This document shows positions 32,978-42,384 of a stretch of DNA of 64,000 bases, one piece after another. Location: assembly GCA_963700985.1 (NCBI GenBank), contig OY969554.1, positions 1,632,001-1,696,000 on the forward strand. Reading direction: 5' to 3'. Every line of letters begins with the position of its first letter. The first letter of the stretch is position 1. The notes under the pieces were generated by a model, which ran no database searches, had not been told where the DNA came from, and saw only the letters and a program-made list of their open reading frames with translations. The translations under genes were made by a program, and so were the position numbers. The stretch comes from an uncultured Chlamydiales bacterium (GTDB lineage Bacteria > Chlamydiota > Chlamydiia > Chlamydiales > Rhabdochlamydiaceae).

Positions 32978-33889
32978 ATGCCTGATATCCATTACATCGA
33001 TCGTTTAACCAAAAAAGAAGAGCGCGAAGAAGTCTATGGAAAACTCTTTATCGAGCTCATGTATGGCGATGGCTGGAAAGCGCGCCTTTTCTCTTTTCTT
33101 TGCTTAGGTCCAACCGCCCGCTGCGCTTTTTTTTCACGTCTTTACGGCTGGCTGCAGAAAAGTCCTCTGAGCCGTGGTAAAGTTTTGCCCTTCATTCGCA
33201 CCTACAAAGTTGATGAACGCGAATTTCTCCAACCTGCTTCTTCCTTTACTTCTTTTAATGATTTTTTCATCCGCAAACTCAAGCCCGAAGCGCGTCCAAT
33301 GACAGGCGGTAGCGAGGTGGCCGTATTGCCGGCAGATGCACGCTATCTCGTTTATTCTAATATTTCTGAGGTAGATGGCTTTCTGGTAAAAAACCAGAAG
33401 TTTTCGTTAGAGACACTTTTGCGCAGCTCAGAATTAGCTAAGAAATATGCTCAAGGCTCGATGGTAATTGCTCGGCTTTGCCCTACGGACTATCACCGCT
33501 TCCATTTCCCCACGGATGGAGTGCCAGAAGCTGCACAAGAAATTAACGGCCCGCTCTATTCAGTGAATCCCATGGCGCTAAAGAAGAATATCAATATTCT
33601 GGCTGAAAACAAGCGCACGATTACACCTTTTCACACCAAGCAGTTCGGCACGATCCAATACATTGAGGTGGGTGCCACCTACGTCGGAACTATCCACCAG
33701 ACTTTTACTCCCAATGAAGCCCAAGCCAAAGGCGCCGAGAAGGGCTTCTTTTCTTTCGGGGGCTCTTCTCTCATTCTTCTCTTTGAACCCTCTTGTATCC
33801 AGTTCGATCAAGATCTAATCGATGCGTCTCAGCGCAAAATCGAAGTCCGTGGCCTCCTCGGCCAATCCCTCGGCCACTACCTGAATTAA
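32978..33889 (+). CDS. psd: Phosphatidylserine decarboxylase proenzyme
   Basis: FNDFFIRKLK, PADAR, RLCPTDYHRFHFP and the FGGSS autocleavage site. Confidence 0.95.
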   Translation: MPDIHYIDRLTKKEEREEVYGKLFIELMYGDGWKARLFSFLCLGPTARCAFFSRLYGWLQKSPLSRGKVLPFIRTYKVDEREFLQPASSFTSFNDFFIRKLKPEARPMTGGSEVAVLPADARYLVYSNISEVDGFLVKNQKFSLETLLRSSELAKKYAQGSMVIARLCPTDYHRFHFPTDGVPEAAQEINGPLYSVNPMALKKNINILAENKRTITPFHTKQFGTIQYIEVGATYVGTIHQTFTPNEAQAKGAEKGFFSFGGSSLILLFEPSCIQFDQDLIDASQRKIEVRGLLGQSLGHYLN

Positions 33890-33941
33890 TTAAGATGCTT
33901 CGGTTTGGTTCTATCCAAATTTATGCGGCTTGCTCTTGTAT

Positions 33942-33967
33942 GGAGTGTATCAATTTTGATACACTCC
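33942..33967. promoter_or_regulatory. Perfect palindrome, likely antitoxin operator
   Basis: GGAGTGTATCAA-TT-TTGATACACTCC, about 30 bp upstream of the toxin pseudogene start. Confidence 0.65.
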
Positions 33968-33998
33968 CAAAAATAAAAAAGAAAAGGTTTCCTTTGCA

Positions 33999-34330
33999 AT
34001 GATTCCTGATCCTATCCCGATAGTTTTTTATAAAGAGGAAGGCAGTGGTAATGAACCAGTTAAAGAATGGCTGCTCTCCTTAGGACAAAGCTTCTAGAAA
34101 GGAAATTGGGAATGATTTAAGAACGATTCAAATTGGCTGGCCGTTGGGTATGCCTTTAGACAGAAGTTTAGGCGGAGGCTCGTTGTCATATTTTAAATGG
34201 AATAGCCCAGGTCCTTTTTAAAATGTCGAAAGGTGAGATGGTTTTGCTTCATGGATTTGTTAAGAAAAGTCAAAAGACTCCAAAAGATGACTTAGATCTA
34301 GCAAGAAAACGAGCTAAAAAGTATGGCTAA
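33999..34330 (+). pseudogene. RelE/HigB-superfamily (Gp49-like) toxin pseudogene with two frameshifts
   Basis: Three pieces in different frames: MIPDPIPIVFYKEEGSGNEPVKEWLLSL / DKASRKEIGNDLRTIQIGWPLGMPLDRSLGGG / RCHILNGIAQVLF...LLHGFVKKSQKTPKDDLDLARKR. Confidence 0.85.
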
Positions 34331-34345
34331 TAATAAAGAGGGTTT

Positions 34346-34624
34346 ATGAAAAATAAGCATAGAGGCTCAAATTTTGATGACTTCTTGAAAGAAGAAGGTT
34401 TATTCGAAGAATGCAATGCCGAAGCAGTTAAAAGAGTCATCGCATTTCAACTAGAAAAAGAGCTGAAAAAACAAAAACTGACAAAATCTCAATTTGCAAA
34501 AAAAATGAAAACTAGCCGGGCTGCTGTTAATAGATTGCTCGATCCTAAAAAAACTTGCACTTTGAAATCCCTTATTATGGCTGTTAGCGCTTTGGGTAAG
34601 CACCTAGAGATAAGAATTGCCTAG
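34346..34624 (+). CDS. XRE-family HTH antitoxin
   Basis: HRGSNFDDFLKEEG N-terminus and KSQFAKKMKTSRAAVNRLLDP HTH; follows the toxin remnant. Confidence 0.85.
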   Translation: MKNKHRGSNFDDFLKEEGLFEECNAEAVKRVIAFQLEKELKKQKLTKSQFAKKMKTSRAAVNRLLDPKKTCTLKSLIMAVSALGKHLEIRIA

Positions 34625-34629
34625 AGACT

Positions 34630-34980
34630 CTATTCTAATGTTCTCAGATGATCTAACATAAACAGCCGTATATAAGCGTCAGTCGCTAAGTTGGCGCGTG
34701 TCTTTCTATTTTCCCATTTAACCACAGCAACATGAGAGACGCCAAAAATTTTTCCGAATTCTGTCGTGGACATATTGAGAAATTTTCTGATGAATTTCAA
34801 CTCACTTCCTTTTAGTGAAGATGGCTTTCTAAGGAGAACATCTAGAACAGCTAACTGGAGTTTGTTAAAATTAATGTCCAGAACCTACTCTCCTGCCATT
34901 TCTCTCATGGGGATATTAATGAGTTTGATTGGAAATCCGAGGCCTTTGAAAATGAATGTTACTCTCTTTCCATTGGTCAC
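34630..34980 (-). pseudogene. XRE-HTH (MqsA-like) antitoxin pseudogene with an internal TAG
   Basis: GTG at 34980 reads TNGKRVTFIFKGLGFPIKLINIPMREMAGE*VLDINFNKLQ...GSELKFIRKFLNMSTTEFGKIFGVSHVAVVKWEN...; in-frame TAG at 34885-34887. Confidence 0.75.
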
Positions 34981-35009
34981 TATCTTATCCTGGTTTTCAC
35001 AGGCTAAGA

Positions 35010-35645
35010 TTAAATGTTTTTGGGTGATTTTGCCAAGAGTTGGCAGATCGGGCAGTTTTCGAGTTTGTGGCCACGCGCAGGACAGTAGGTGCGGGCGTAG
35101 TAGATGATTTGCAGATGCAGCCGGATCCAATCTTTTTCGGGAAATAGGCTTTTTAAGTCGCGCTCGGTTTGCACGACGTTTTTGGCTTGGCTGAGGCGCC
35201 AGCGCTTGGCGCAGCGGTGGATGTGAGTATCAACCGGGAAGGCGGGCACGTTAAAAGCTTGGGCCATCACGACCGAGGCGGTTTTGTGGCCGACGCCCGG
35301 CAGATCTTCGAGCGCTTCAAAGCTTTTAGGCACTTGGCCTTGATGATGTTTGATCAGATCGTTGGAAAGTTTCCAGATGGCTTTAGACTTGGTGTTGCTA
35401 AGACCGCAGGGGCGAATGATCTTTTCTATCTCTTCGACTTTCAATTTAACCATCTCTTGAGGAGTCGATGCTTTGGCAAAGAGCTTAGGCGTGATCAGAT
35501 TGACGCGTGCGTCGGTGCTTTGAGCGGAGAGCAGCACAGCAATGAGTAATGTGTAAGGGTCTTGATGTTTCAGGGGGATTTTCGGCTCTGGAAAGAGTCG
35601 ATTTAGAATTTTTTGAACCTGTTTGGCGCGTTCTTTTTTAGTCAT
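35010..35645 (-). CDS. nth: Endonuclease III
   Basis: LLSAQSTD, HhH motif LPGVGHKTA and FPVDTH. Confidence 0.95.
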   Translation of the reverse strand: MTKKERAKQVQKILNRLFPEPKIPLKHQDPYTLLIAVLLSAQSTDARVNLITPKLFAKASTPQEMVKLKVEEIEKIIRPCGLSNTKSKAIWKLSNDLIKHHQGQVPKSFEALEDLPGVGHKTASVVMAQAFNVPAFPVDTHIHRCAKRWRLSQAKNVVQTERDLKSLFPEKDWIRLHLQIIYYARTYCPARGHKLENCPICQLLAKSPKNI

Positions 35646-37018
35646 TTTCCTACGCAGAATTTAGAGAAGATTGCGCTTAAGATATCTTCGGTAATGTTTG
35701 TGCCGATAATTGTGCCAAGCTCATTTAATGTTTTACGCATGTCAGAGGATAGAAATTCGGGCGAGGTGCCAGTGCGTAGGCCGTGAATGAGTGTTTCCAG
35801 CGCCTCAATAGCTTGTGAGAGCGCCTGTTTGTGCCGCAGTGAAGTGATGAGCACCTCTTCTTTTTGCGGAAGGCCATGCTGCCAAATTAGTTGGTCGATT
35901 TTCTCGCGCAGCTCTTCCAAGCCCTGTCTCTGTTTGGCTGAGACGCACACGGAGGGCAGGCTTGCATGCACGGGCGCGTTGGAAGTCATCAGATCGCTTT
36001 TATTCCAAATGATCAGGGCTTTTTTGCCTTCGGCTTCACGAATGAGCGCTTCTTGCTCGCTTCCGCCGCTTTGGCTTCCGTCAAACACGAGCAGCACGAG
36101 ATCGGCTTCGCTGATTGCGGTGCGTGTGCGAGCAATGCCTTCACGTTCGATTTTTTCTTCGGTCTGGCGAATTCCAGCCGTGTCGATCAAGCGGAAATTG
36201 AGGTGGCCTAGCGAGAGATCTGCTTCTAGAAGATCGCGCGTTGTGCCAGGAATATCGGTCACAATGGCGCGTTCTTTTCCAAGCAGGGCATTCATGAGCG
36301 AGGATTTCCCTGCATTAGGCGGCCCAGCTAGGCAGAGAGTTAGGCCCTCATGCAGTTTTTTCCCATCATGGAAGCTAAGCGCCAGCTTAACCATTTTTTC
36401 TTTGATCTGAGTAAGGATGTTAAGCACCTCTTCCATGGAGGCAAATTCGAGTCCCTCTTCAGGAAAATCGACCCAGGCTTCTAAAATTGCGGCAATATCT
36501 GTCAGCTCTTTTTGAAAAAAGGAGATCTGCTTGGAGAGCGCGCCTTGAAGCTGCTGCTCTGCGAAATGGAGCGCTAGATCACTGCGTGCTGAGATGAGTG
36601 TTTGCACAGCCTCTGCTTGCGCGAGATCGAGCTTGCCGTGCATGAAAGCTTTAAAAGTAAATTCTCCGGGTTCTGCAGGTCTGGCTCCAGCTTGCAATAC
36701 CACTTCTAAAACTTTGCGTGTGATAAGGCTACCACCATGGCAGTGAATCTCGACAATGTCTTCTCCCGTATAAGAACGCGGCGCGCGCATGGGGAGTAGC
36801 AGCACCTCATCTACAATCCGCCCATTTGCATCGAGAATTTTCCCAAAATGCGCCGTGTGACTTTGATAGGAATGCACGGGCCCAGAAAAAACTTTTCCAG
36901 CAACAGATAGCGCATCTTTTCCAGAAATACGGATGATCGCTACCCCGCCTTCACCTGGGGGTGTGGCCACGGCCGCAATGGTATCGTCGAGCTGATTGTA
37001 TCGGTGGACAAATTGCAT
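35642..37018 (-). CDS. mnmE: tRNA modification GTPase MnmE
   Basis: DTIAAVATPPGEGG, GPPNAGKSS, DTAG, NKSD and FCVGK motifs. Confidence 0.97.
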   Translation of the reverse strand: MQFVHRYNQLDDTIAAVATPPGEGGVAIIRISGKDALSVAGKVFSGPVHSYQSHTAHFGKILDANGRIVDEVLLLPMRAPRSYTGEDIVEIHCHGGSLITRKVLEVVLQAGARPAEPGEFTFKAFMHGKLDLAQAEAVQTLISARSDLALHFAEQQLQGALSKQISFFQKELTDIAAILEAWVDFPEEGLEFASMEEVLNILTQIKEKMVKLALSFHDGKKLHEGLTLCLAGPPNAGKSSLMNALLGKERAIVTDIPGTTRDLLEADLSLGHLNFRLIDTAGIRQTEEKIEREGIARTRTAISEADLVLLVFDGSQSGGSEQEALIREAEGKKALIIWNKSDLMTSNAPVHASLPSVCVSAKQRQGLEELREKIDQLIWQHGLPQKEEVLITSLRHKQALSQAIEALETLIHGLRTGTSPEFLSSDMRKTLNELGTIIGTNITEDILSAIFSKFCVGK

Positions 37019-37070
37019 AATAATTTTTCACAAAATATCCAACCATCATACTCTAAATGATCAAATAGCT

Positions 37071-37664
37071 CTAGACGTGCCTGAGGGCGAGCGTGATCAA
37101 TTTTGAGAGCTCAGGCTCTGCAGGGCTGCTATCAACAACAATTTTGATTGCTCGTTGTGCACGTGGGAGCGGGTAGCCTAAATGGATCAGGGCTGCAATC
37201 GCATCCTCGATGGTACTGGTTTTGCCAGGTTTAGTCGGGATAATTGCATCGATCAGGCCGAGTTTTTTCATACGGTCTTTGAGTTCAACCACTAGGCGTT
37301 CGGCGGTTTTTTTGCCGATGCCTGGGATGCGGCAAAGAGCGTTAACATTTTTTTCAGAGATCGCTTGTTGAAGGTCGGCAAGTTCCATGTGGCCGATGAG
37401 CGCCAGAGCGGTCTTGGGTCCAACTCCTGAAATCTGAATGAATTCTTCGAAGAGGTCGCGTTCATTTCTAGAGATAAAGCCAAACCGTCTATGATTATCT
37501 TCGCGAATAAGCGTGGAGATGTGCAGAAGAAGTTCTTGGCCGATTTGTGGCAGTTTGGTGTATGTGCTGAAGGGGATATAAAGGCGATAACCCAGGCCGT
37601 TTATTTCGATCGTAGCCTTTTCTGGAGTGGCTTCGGTGAGTTTACCGCGGATGTATTCTAACAT
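37071..37664 (-). CDS. ruvA: Holliday junction branch migration protein RuvA
   Basis: GLGY, ISGVGPKTA, IPGIGKKTAERL and ALIHLGY motifs. Confidence 0.95.
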   Translation of the reverse strand: MLEYIRGKLTEATPEKATIEINGLGYRLYIPFSTYTKLPQIGQELLLHISTLIREDNHRRFGFISRNERDLFEEFIQISGVGPKTALALIGHMELADLQQAISEKNVNALCRIPGIGKKTAERLVVELKDRMKKLGLIDAIIPTKPGKTSTIEDAIAALIHLGYPLPRAQRAIKIVVDSSPAEPELSKLITLALRHV

Positions 37665-38161
37665 ATAATAGACCTTAGGTTGTGAGCGTGACAGATCGCA
37701 AGCGCAAGCGCATCGGCCGCGTCTTCCGGTTCCGGTACAGAAGAGAGGCTCAGCAGCACTTGCATCATTTTTTGTACCTGCATCTTACTCGCAGAGCCAT
37801 TTCCAACGACAGCGAGTTTTGCTTTTTTGGGCGTATATTCATGAACGCTGCATCCCATTTTGGCGCCGGCGAGCATTACAGCACCTCTTGCCATACCTAA
37901 TTTGATGGCGCTTTGCACATTTTTATGCACGAATTGAGTCTCCACAGATACGGCTTGCGGTTTATACTTCTCAATCAGTGCTACCACTCCTTCAAAAATG
38001 ATTAAATAACGCTGGGCAAGCGGGAGTTTTGTAGAGGGACGGATTGTGCCGAAGTCGAGTGGTTCATAGGTATGCGAATGGGCTTTAATTACCCCATAGC
38101 CCGTGACACATGTGCCTGGGTCCACGCCTAAAATGATCGGGCTTTCCTCTCGAGGTTTCAT
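37658..38161 (-). CDS. ruvC: Crossover junction endodeoxyribonuclease RuvC
   Basis: ILGVDPG, GYGVI, ARG and DAADALALA motifs. Confidence 0.96.
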   Translation of the reverse strand: MKPREESPIILGVDPGTCVTGYGVIKAHSHTYEPLDFGTIRPSTKLPLAQRYLIIFEGVVALIEKYKPQAVSVETQFVHKNVQSAIKLGMARGAVMLAGAKMGCSVHEYTPKKAKLAVVGNGSASKMQVQKMMQVLLSLSSVPEPEDAADALALAICHAHNLRSIIC

Positions 38162-38165
38162 GCGT

Positions 38166-38939
38166 TTATTTGAGGTAAATTTTTCGGTATTTCTCTAAGA
38201 GTTTTTGGTAGGCTCCTTCTTTTAGAACAGCATCGACAGCAGCTTGTGAAAAGGGGCCTGTCTGATATTCAAAAAGAGGCGCAGGATCATTTAGGATCTT
38301 AAACACGAGTGTGCAGACATCCTCAATTTCTTCCCAGAGAAGTTCAGTGCAAAAAGTCGTATCGTATGCATTTGCAGCTGGATTTGCCGCACTTAAAATC
38401 TGCATATCTGTTTTTAAAGGGTTGGGACGAATCACAGAGACATCGATATTCCATTTCTTAAGCAGCACAGCCCATTCGAAAGCGACGTTTTCAAGCGCGG
38501 CTTTCGAGGCGCTGTATACGCCTAGAAAAGGCCAATGGTCGATACTTACCACGCTGCTGATGAAAATGAGTTTTCCCTTTTGAGCTTTGCGCATGTAAGG
38601 CAGAATTTTTTCTGTGAGGTAAACGGGTCCGAAGAAATTCACATCGAATGTGTGGCGCCTCTCTTCGTCGCTAAGCGCGTCAGCAGCATCTTTATAAGCC
38701 AGCCCGGCATTATGAATGATTGCATCGAGGGAGTCTGTTTTCTGGAAAATTTCAGCCACAGCTTTATCGATCGATGCAGTGCTTTGCAAATCTAGCTCGA
38801 TATATTTGATGTTTGCGGTATCTTTGTAGCCAGCTAAGCTACGGACTGTGCCGTAGACGATACAATTTTGCTGCGCGATAAACTCTATTAGAGCTTTTCC
38901 GAGACCGCGCGACGCGCCTGTGAGTAGAATTTTTTTCAT
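38166..38939 (-). CDS. Short-chain dehydrogenase/reductase
   Basis: TGASRGLG, HNAG and YSASK motifs. Confidence 0.9.
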   Translation of the reverse strand: MKKILLTGASRGLGKALIEFIAQQNCIVYGTVRSLAGYKDTANIKYIELDLQSTASIDKAVAEIFQKTDSLDAIIHNAGLAYKDAADALSDEERRHTFDVNFFGPVYLTEKILPYMRKAQKGKLIFISSVVSIDHWPFLGVYSASKAALENVAFEWAVLLKKWNIDVSVIRPNPLKTDMQILSAANPAANAYDTTFCTELLWEEIEDVCTLVFKILNDPAPLFEYQTGPFSQAAVDAVLKEGAYQKLLEKYRKIYLK

Positions 38940-39056
38940 ATGTATTGATATTTTAACTTATACTGGATCCGAAGGTAAGTTTATGCAAAGTTTAAATTTT
39001 CGATGCAAGAAATACGGTGGATGCGCAAAATCCCGAACAATTGCTATTTTTCAAAC

Positions 39057-40115
39057 ATGGAATCTTTAAAAAATTTTCAGCCTAAAAATATTATCGTGCG
39101 CATGCCCAACTGGGTAGGCGACTTGGTAATGGCTACGCCTATTCTCAGTGACCTGCGCCGCGCATACCCTGATGCTTACATCACGGCTATGGCGCGTTCT
39201 CCTGTATGTGAACTTTTACAAGAAGATCCCGAAATCAATGAACTCTTCTGCTTCAGCAAGGGCAATACTTTCGGCCGCCGTGTGGGTAAACGCAATGTAA
39301 TTGAAAAATTACGCAGGGGCAAATATGACCTTGGGATTTTGCTGCCGCACTCTTTTTCGGCTGCTTGGTGGTTTTGGCAAGCTAAAGTACGCTATCGAAT
39401 TGGCTATGCTGGCAATGGTAGAAGTCTTCTTCTCACTCACAGCCTGCCACTTCCTGAAACCATCGAAAAACAGCACTTAGTCGTCACCTACAAAATGCTG
39501 CTTGCTCCTTTAGGTGTGCCTATTTCTGATTCTCCACCGCGTCTTTACCTTTCTGAGAAAGAAATTTTTCAAGCTAGAGAACTTTTAAGACAACATGGTG
39601 TTTCAGACAGCAGTCGCTTAGTTGGGATCAACCCTGGCGCGACTTACGGCTCTGCCAAATGTTGGCTGCCTGAGAGATTCCGCGAAGTAACAGAGCGCCT
39701 TTTGCAAGATCCAGAGCTTTTTATCATCTACTTTGGAGATCAGGCCAATGCTTCTCTAGTTAAAGAGATCTGCCAGGGTCTACCTCCACGTATCCTCAAT
39801 CTGGCTGGCTTAACTTCTCTGCGCGAGCTTGCTGCACTTATTAGCATTTGCGATGTCCTGCTCACTAATGATAGCGGTCCGATGCACATTGCAGATGCTT
39901 TACAAACACCGGTGGTCGCACTATTTGGATCTACCAGCGAGGTTGTAACGGGACCTTATCGCAATGGCGTGGTGATTCATAAGCACGTCGACTGCTCTCC
40001 TTGCTATCAACGCAAGTGTCCAATAGACTTTCGTTGCATGAAAAAGATCGAGGCTGATGAAGTGACGGAGCATATTATGCGTCTTCTTCAGACCACGAAA
40101 TTATTAGTTAGATGA
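39057..40115 (+). CDS. waaF: Lipopolysaccharide heptosyltransferase II-like (GT9)
   Basis: PNWVGDLVMATP, NPGATYGSAKCW and NDSGPMHIA motifs. Confidence 0.85.
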   Translation: MESLKNFQPKNIIVRMPNWVGDLVMATPILSDLRRAYPDAYITAMARSPVCELLQEDPEINELFCFSKGNTFGRRVGKRNVIEKLRRGKYDLGILLPHSFSAAWWFWQAKVRYRIGYAGNGRSLLLTHSLPLPETIEKQHLVVTYKMLLAPLGVPISDSPPRLYLSEKEIFQARELLRQHGVSDSSRLVGINPGATYGSAKCWLPERFREVTERLLQDPELFIIYFGDQANASLVKEICQGLPPRILNLAGLTSLRELAALISICDVLLTNDSGPMHIADALQTPVVALFGSTSEVVTGPYRNGVVIHKHVDCSPCYQRKCPIDFRCMKKIEADEVTEHIMRLLQTTKLLVR

Positions 40116-41026
40116 TTAAACGAGCATGGCGCAAATGGGGTCCTAACCCTTTTGAGCGCATTCTAAAACACGCCTCAAAGACACAGCAGCGGCGAATTCT
40201 CATCGCCTGGAATCGCGGTTTAGGGGATGTAGCCCTTGGCCTTTATGCCTTAGTTTTTCGCATCCGCGAACTCATCGCCGATGCTGAAATTACCTTTATC
40301 ACGCGCGAAGATCTAAAAGAAGGCTTTGCTCTTTTAGAAAACATTGAAGTTCTTATCGCGCCTAAATGGAAGCGCGGCATTGAAATAAATATGCAGGCCG
40401 CACTTGCAGATTTGAGAAAAGATCTTTCTTCTTACGATCTTATTTTCGAAAAACCCGATCCCACTCACTGGGTACGCTGGCAGCTTGGAAAGTTAACGCC
40501 TCAGCTGAAGTGGCAAGAGGAATGGGATGCGCTTTGGCGCGCCTTTCCTTTGCAAGATGAAGCCACGTATATCGCTCTTCAGCCTCAAACGGAAACGGGC
40601 AGTAATTATGGTTATGAAAAAAATTGGCCTTTATCCTCTTGGAAGGAATTGATCGAACGCCTTAGTTTGAAAGAAGGCGTAAGGGTTATTCTATTCGGGA
40701 GGGAGGGCACCATGGATTTTGCGGGTAATAATCTAATCGATTTAAGAGGCAAAACCTCTTTGTTAGATATGTTATCGATTATAAAAAATCGTTGCCAACA
40801 CTTGATTGTTCCCGATTCGGGAGTGCTTTCACTCGCTTACTTTATCAATGCCGATTTTCCTTTGCAGATCACATCGCTCTGGTCAGATCCAAAGCAGGGC
40901 GTATTAAAACAGAACGTTGCATCACCTAATGCTAGGCTGGTTCATCGTGCTTTGATTGCAAATGAAGGTGATCTCAGGCAGCTTGCGGTGCAAGAAGTAT
41001 GGGAGGCAGCATGCTCAAAGATCTAA
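40112..41026 (+). CDS. Glycosyltransferase family 9 protein
   Basis: RGLGD, KNWP, DLRGKTSL and PDSG motifs. Confidence 0.75.
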   Translation: MIKRAWRKWGPNPFERILKHASKTQQRRILIAWNRGLGDVALGLYALVFRIRELIADAEITFITREDLKEGFALLENIEVLIAPKWKRGIEINMQAALADLRKDLSSYDLIFEKPDPTHWVRWQLGKLTPQLKWQEEWDALWRAFPLQDEATYIALQPQTETGSNYGYEKNWPLSSWKELIERLSLKEGVRVILFGREGTMDFAGNNLIDLRGKTSLLDMLSIIKNRCQHLIVPDSGVLSLAYFINADFPLQITSLWSDPKQGVLKQNVASPNARLVHRALIANEGDLRQLAVQEVWEAACSKI

Positions 41027-42384
41027 TCTTAGAACATCTAACAGCTCTTGGCCAAAAACAGCTTTTTGTTGGGGTCGAGACACTTTCTCCCTCGCAACAA
41101 GAGATTTTCTATGCGCAACTTAAGAAGTACGATAGCCTTTTACTAAAAAGGCAAAAAGAGGCGCTCTTTCGCTCTTCCTCTTTTCCCCAACTTGAACCTC
41201 TTAGAGTTTTCGATCAGGCTGGTGATAAGGAAAATGCACAATATGGAAAAGAGCTTCTCTCCCAAGGCAAAGTGGGGTGTCTCATCTTAGCTGGGGGGCA
41301 AGGCTCGCGTCTTGGAGCAAGCCAACCCAAAGGGCTTTTACCTCTCACACCTGTACGCCATAAAAGCTTGCTGCAACTTTTTCTTGAAAAGGCCAAAGCT
41401 GCATCTATTCAAGCCGGATGCGTGCTTCCTGTGGCGATCATGACTTCGCCACTCAATCACATAGAAACGCTCTCGTTTTTGGAAAAACATCGCTGGTTTG
41501 GAGTTAAAGAGCCGAATTGTCGTCTTTTTTTACAAGCCGCTCTTCCTTATTTAGATGAAAGTGGAAATTGGCTTCTCGAAGCACCAGGCGTGCTCGCGGA
41601 AGGCGCTGATGGCAATGGCAACTCACTGATTAATTTCTTCAATTCAGGAATCTGGACTCAGTGGAAAGAGCGTGGCATTGAGCATGTTAATCTGATTCTT
41701 ATCGATAACCCACTTGCAGATCCGTTTGACGCGGAGCTAATTGGTTATCATGCCAAGGCCAAAGCCGATGTGACAATTAAGGGGATTTTACGCCGCGACC
41801 AAGATGAGAATGTCGGGGTTGTTGGCATAGGCAGAGGTCAGCTACGCGTGGTGGAATATAGCGAACTTCCTGCAAACGAGCGCGCAGCAGTTGATGCTGA
41901 CGGCTTTCTTCAATGGAGAGTAGCCAACATCAGCCTTTTCTGTTTCAGTATGCATTTCATCGAAGGATTAGCCAGAAACCCGCACGTTTTCATGCCTTGG
42001 CATATGGCTAAAAAAAGCACAAAAGCTTTAGCCAGCGGAGTTTTAGGAGAGAGGCAAGAGATGGTTAAAGCTTGGAAGTGCGAGACCTTTATCTTTGATG
42101 TCTTGAATTTCACTACCAAAGCTAAGGTAATTGTCTATCCGCGCGAAGAGACCTTTGCTCCTTTAAAAGACGCAAACAGTTTGGAAATGGTACAAAAGGC
42201 GCTTCAAGATTCGGATAGACGTGTTTTTGAGCGAATTACAGGCAAAGAGGCCCCTAAACGCGTATTCGAACTAGATCAGGCATTTTACTATCCCACGGCC
42301 GAGCTCATTCAGAAATGGAGAGGAAAAGAGCTTCCTTCGGATCAAGATTACATCGAAGCTTATACGTCAGAGATAGTCCCATAA
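41011..42384 (+). CDS. UDPGP-family UTP-sugar-1-phosphate uridylyltransferase (UDP-GlcNAc/UDP-Glc pyrophosphorylase)
   Basis: LAGGQGSRLG...PKG, DGNG, IDNPL, VEYSE and ETFIFD motifs; GGAGG RBS. Confidence 0.88.
   Translation: MLKDLILEHLTALGQKQLFVGVETLSPSQQEIFYAQLKKYDSLLLKRQKEALFRSSSFPQLEPLRVFDQAGDKENAQYGKELLSQGKVGCLILAGGQGSRLGASQPKGLLPLTPVRHKSLLQLFLEKAKAASIQAGCVLPVAIMTSPLNHIETLSFLEKHRWFGVKEPNCRLFLQAALPYLDESGNWLLEAPGVLAEGADGNGNSLINFFNSGIWTQWKERGIEHVNLILIDNPLADPFDAELIGYHAKAKADVTIKGILRRDQDENVGVVGIGRGQLRVVEYSELPANERAAVDADGFLQWRVANISLFCFSMHFIEGLARNPHVFMPWHMAKKSTKALASGVLGERQEMVKAWKCETFIFDVLNFTTKAKVIVYPREETFAPLKDANSLEMVQKALQDSDRRVFERITGKEAPKRVFELDQAFYYPTAELIQKWRGKELPSDQDYIEAYTSEIVP

Noticed and set aside
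34885-34887. Programmed TAG readthrough (pyrrolysine or recoding)
   Set aside because: Other genes here end normally at TAG, no pyl genes are seen, and the neighbouring toxin is also decayed. A nonsense mutation is simpler.
34766-35130. ORFs 34766..35107 (+) and 34885..35130 (-) as real genes
   Set aside because: The first is an antisense shadow. The second is the 5' fragment of the HTH pseudogene extended into nth.
35787-36410. Long antisense ORFs (207 aa here; also 17491..18036, 18780..19256 and 61915..62376)
   Set aside because: They lie on the opposite strand of well-supported genes and have no motifs of their own.
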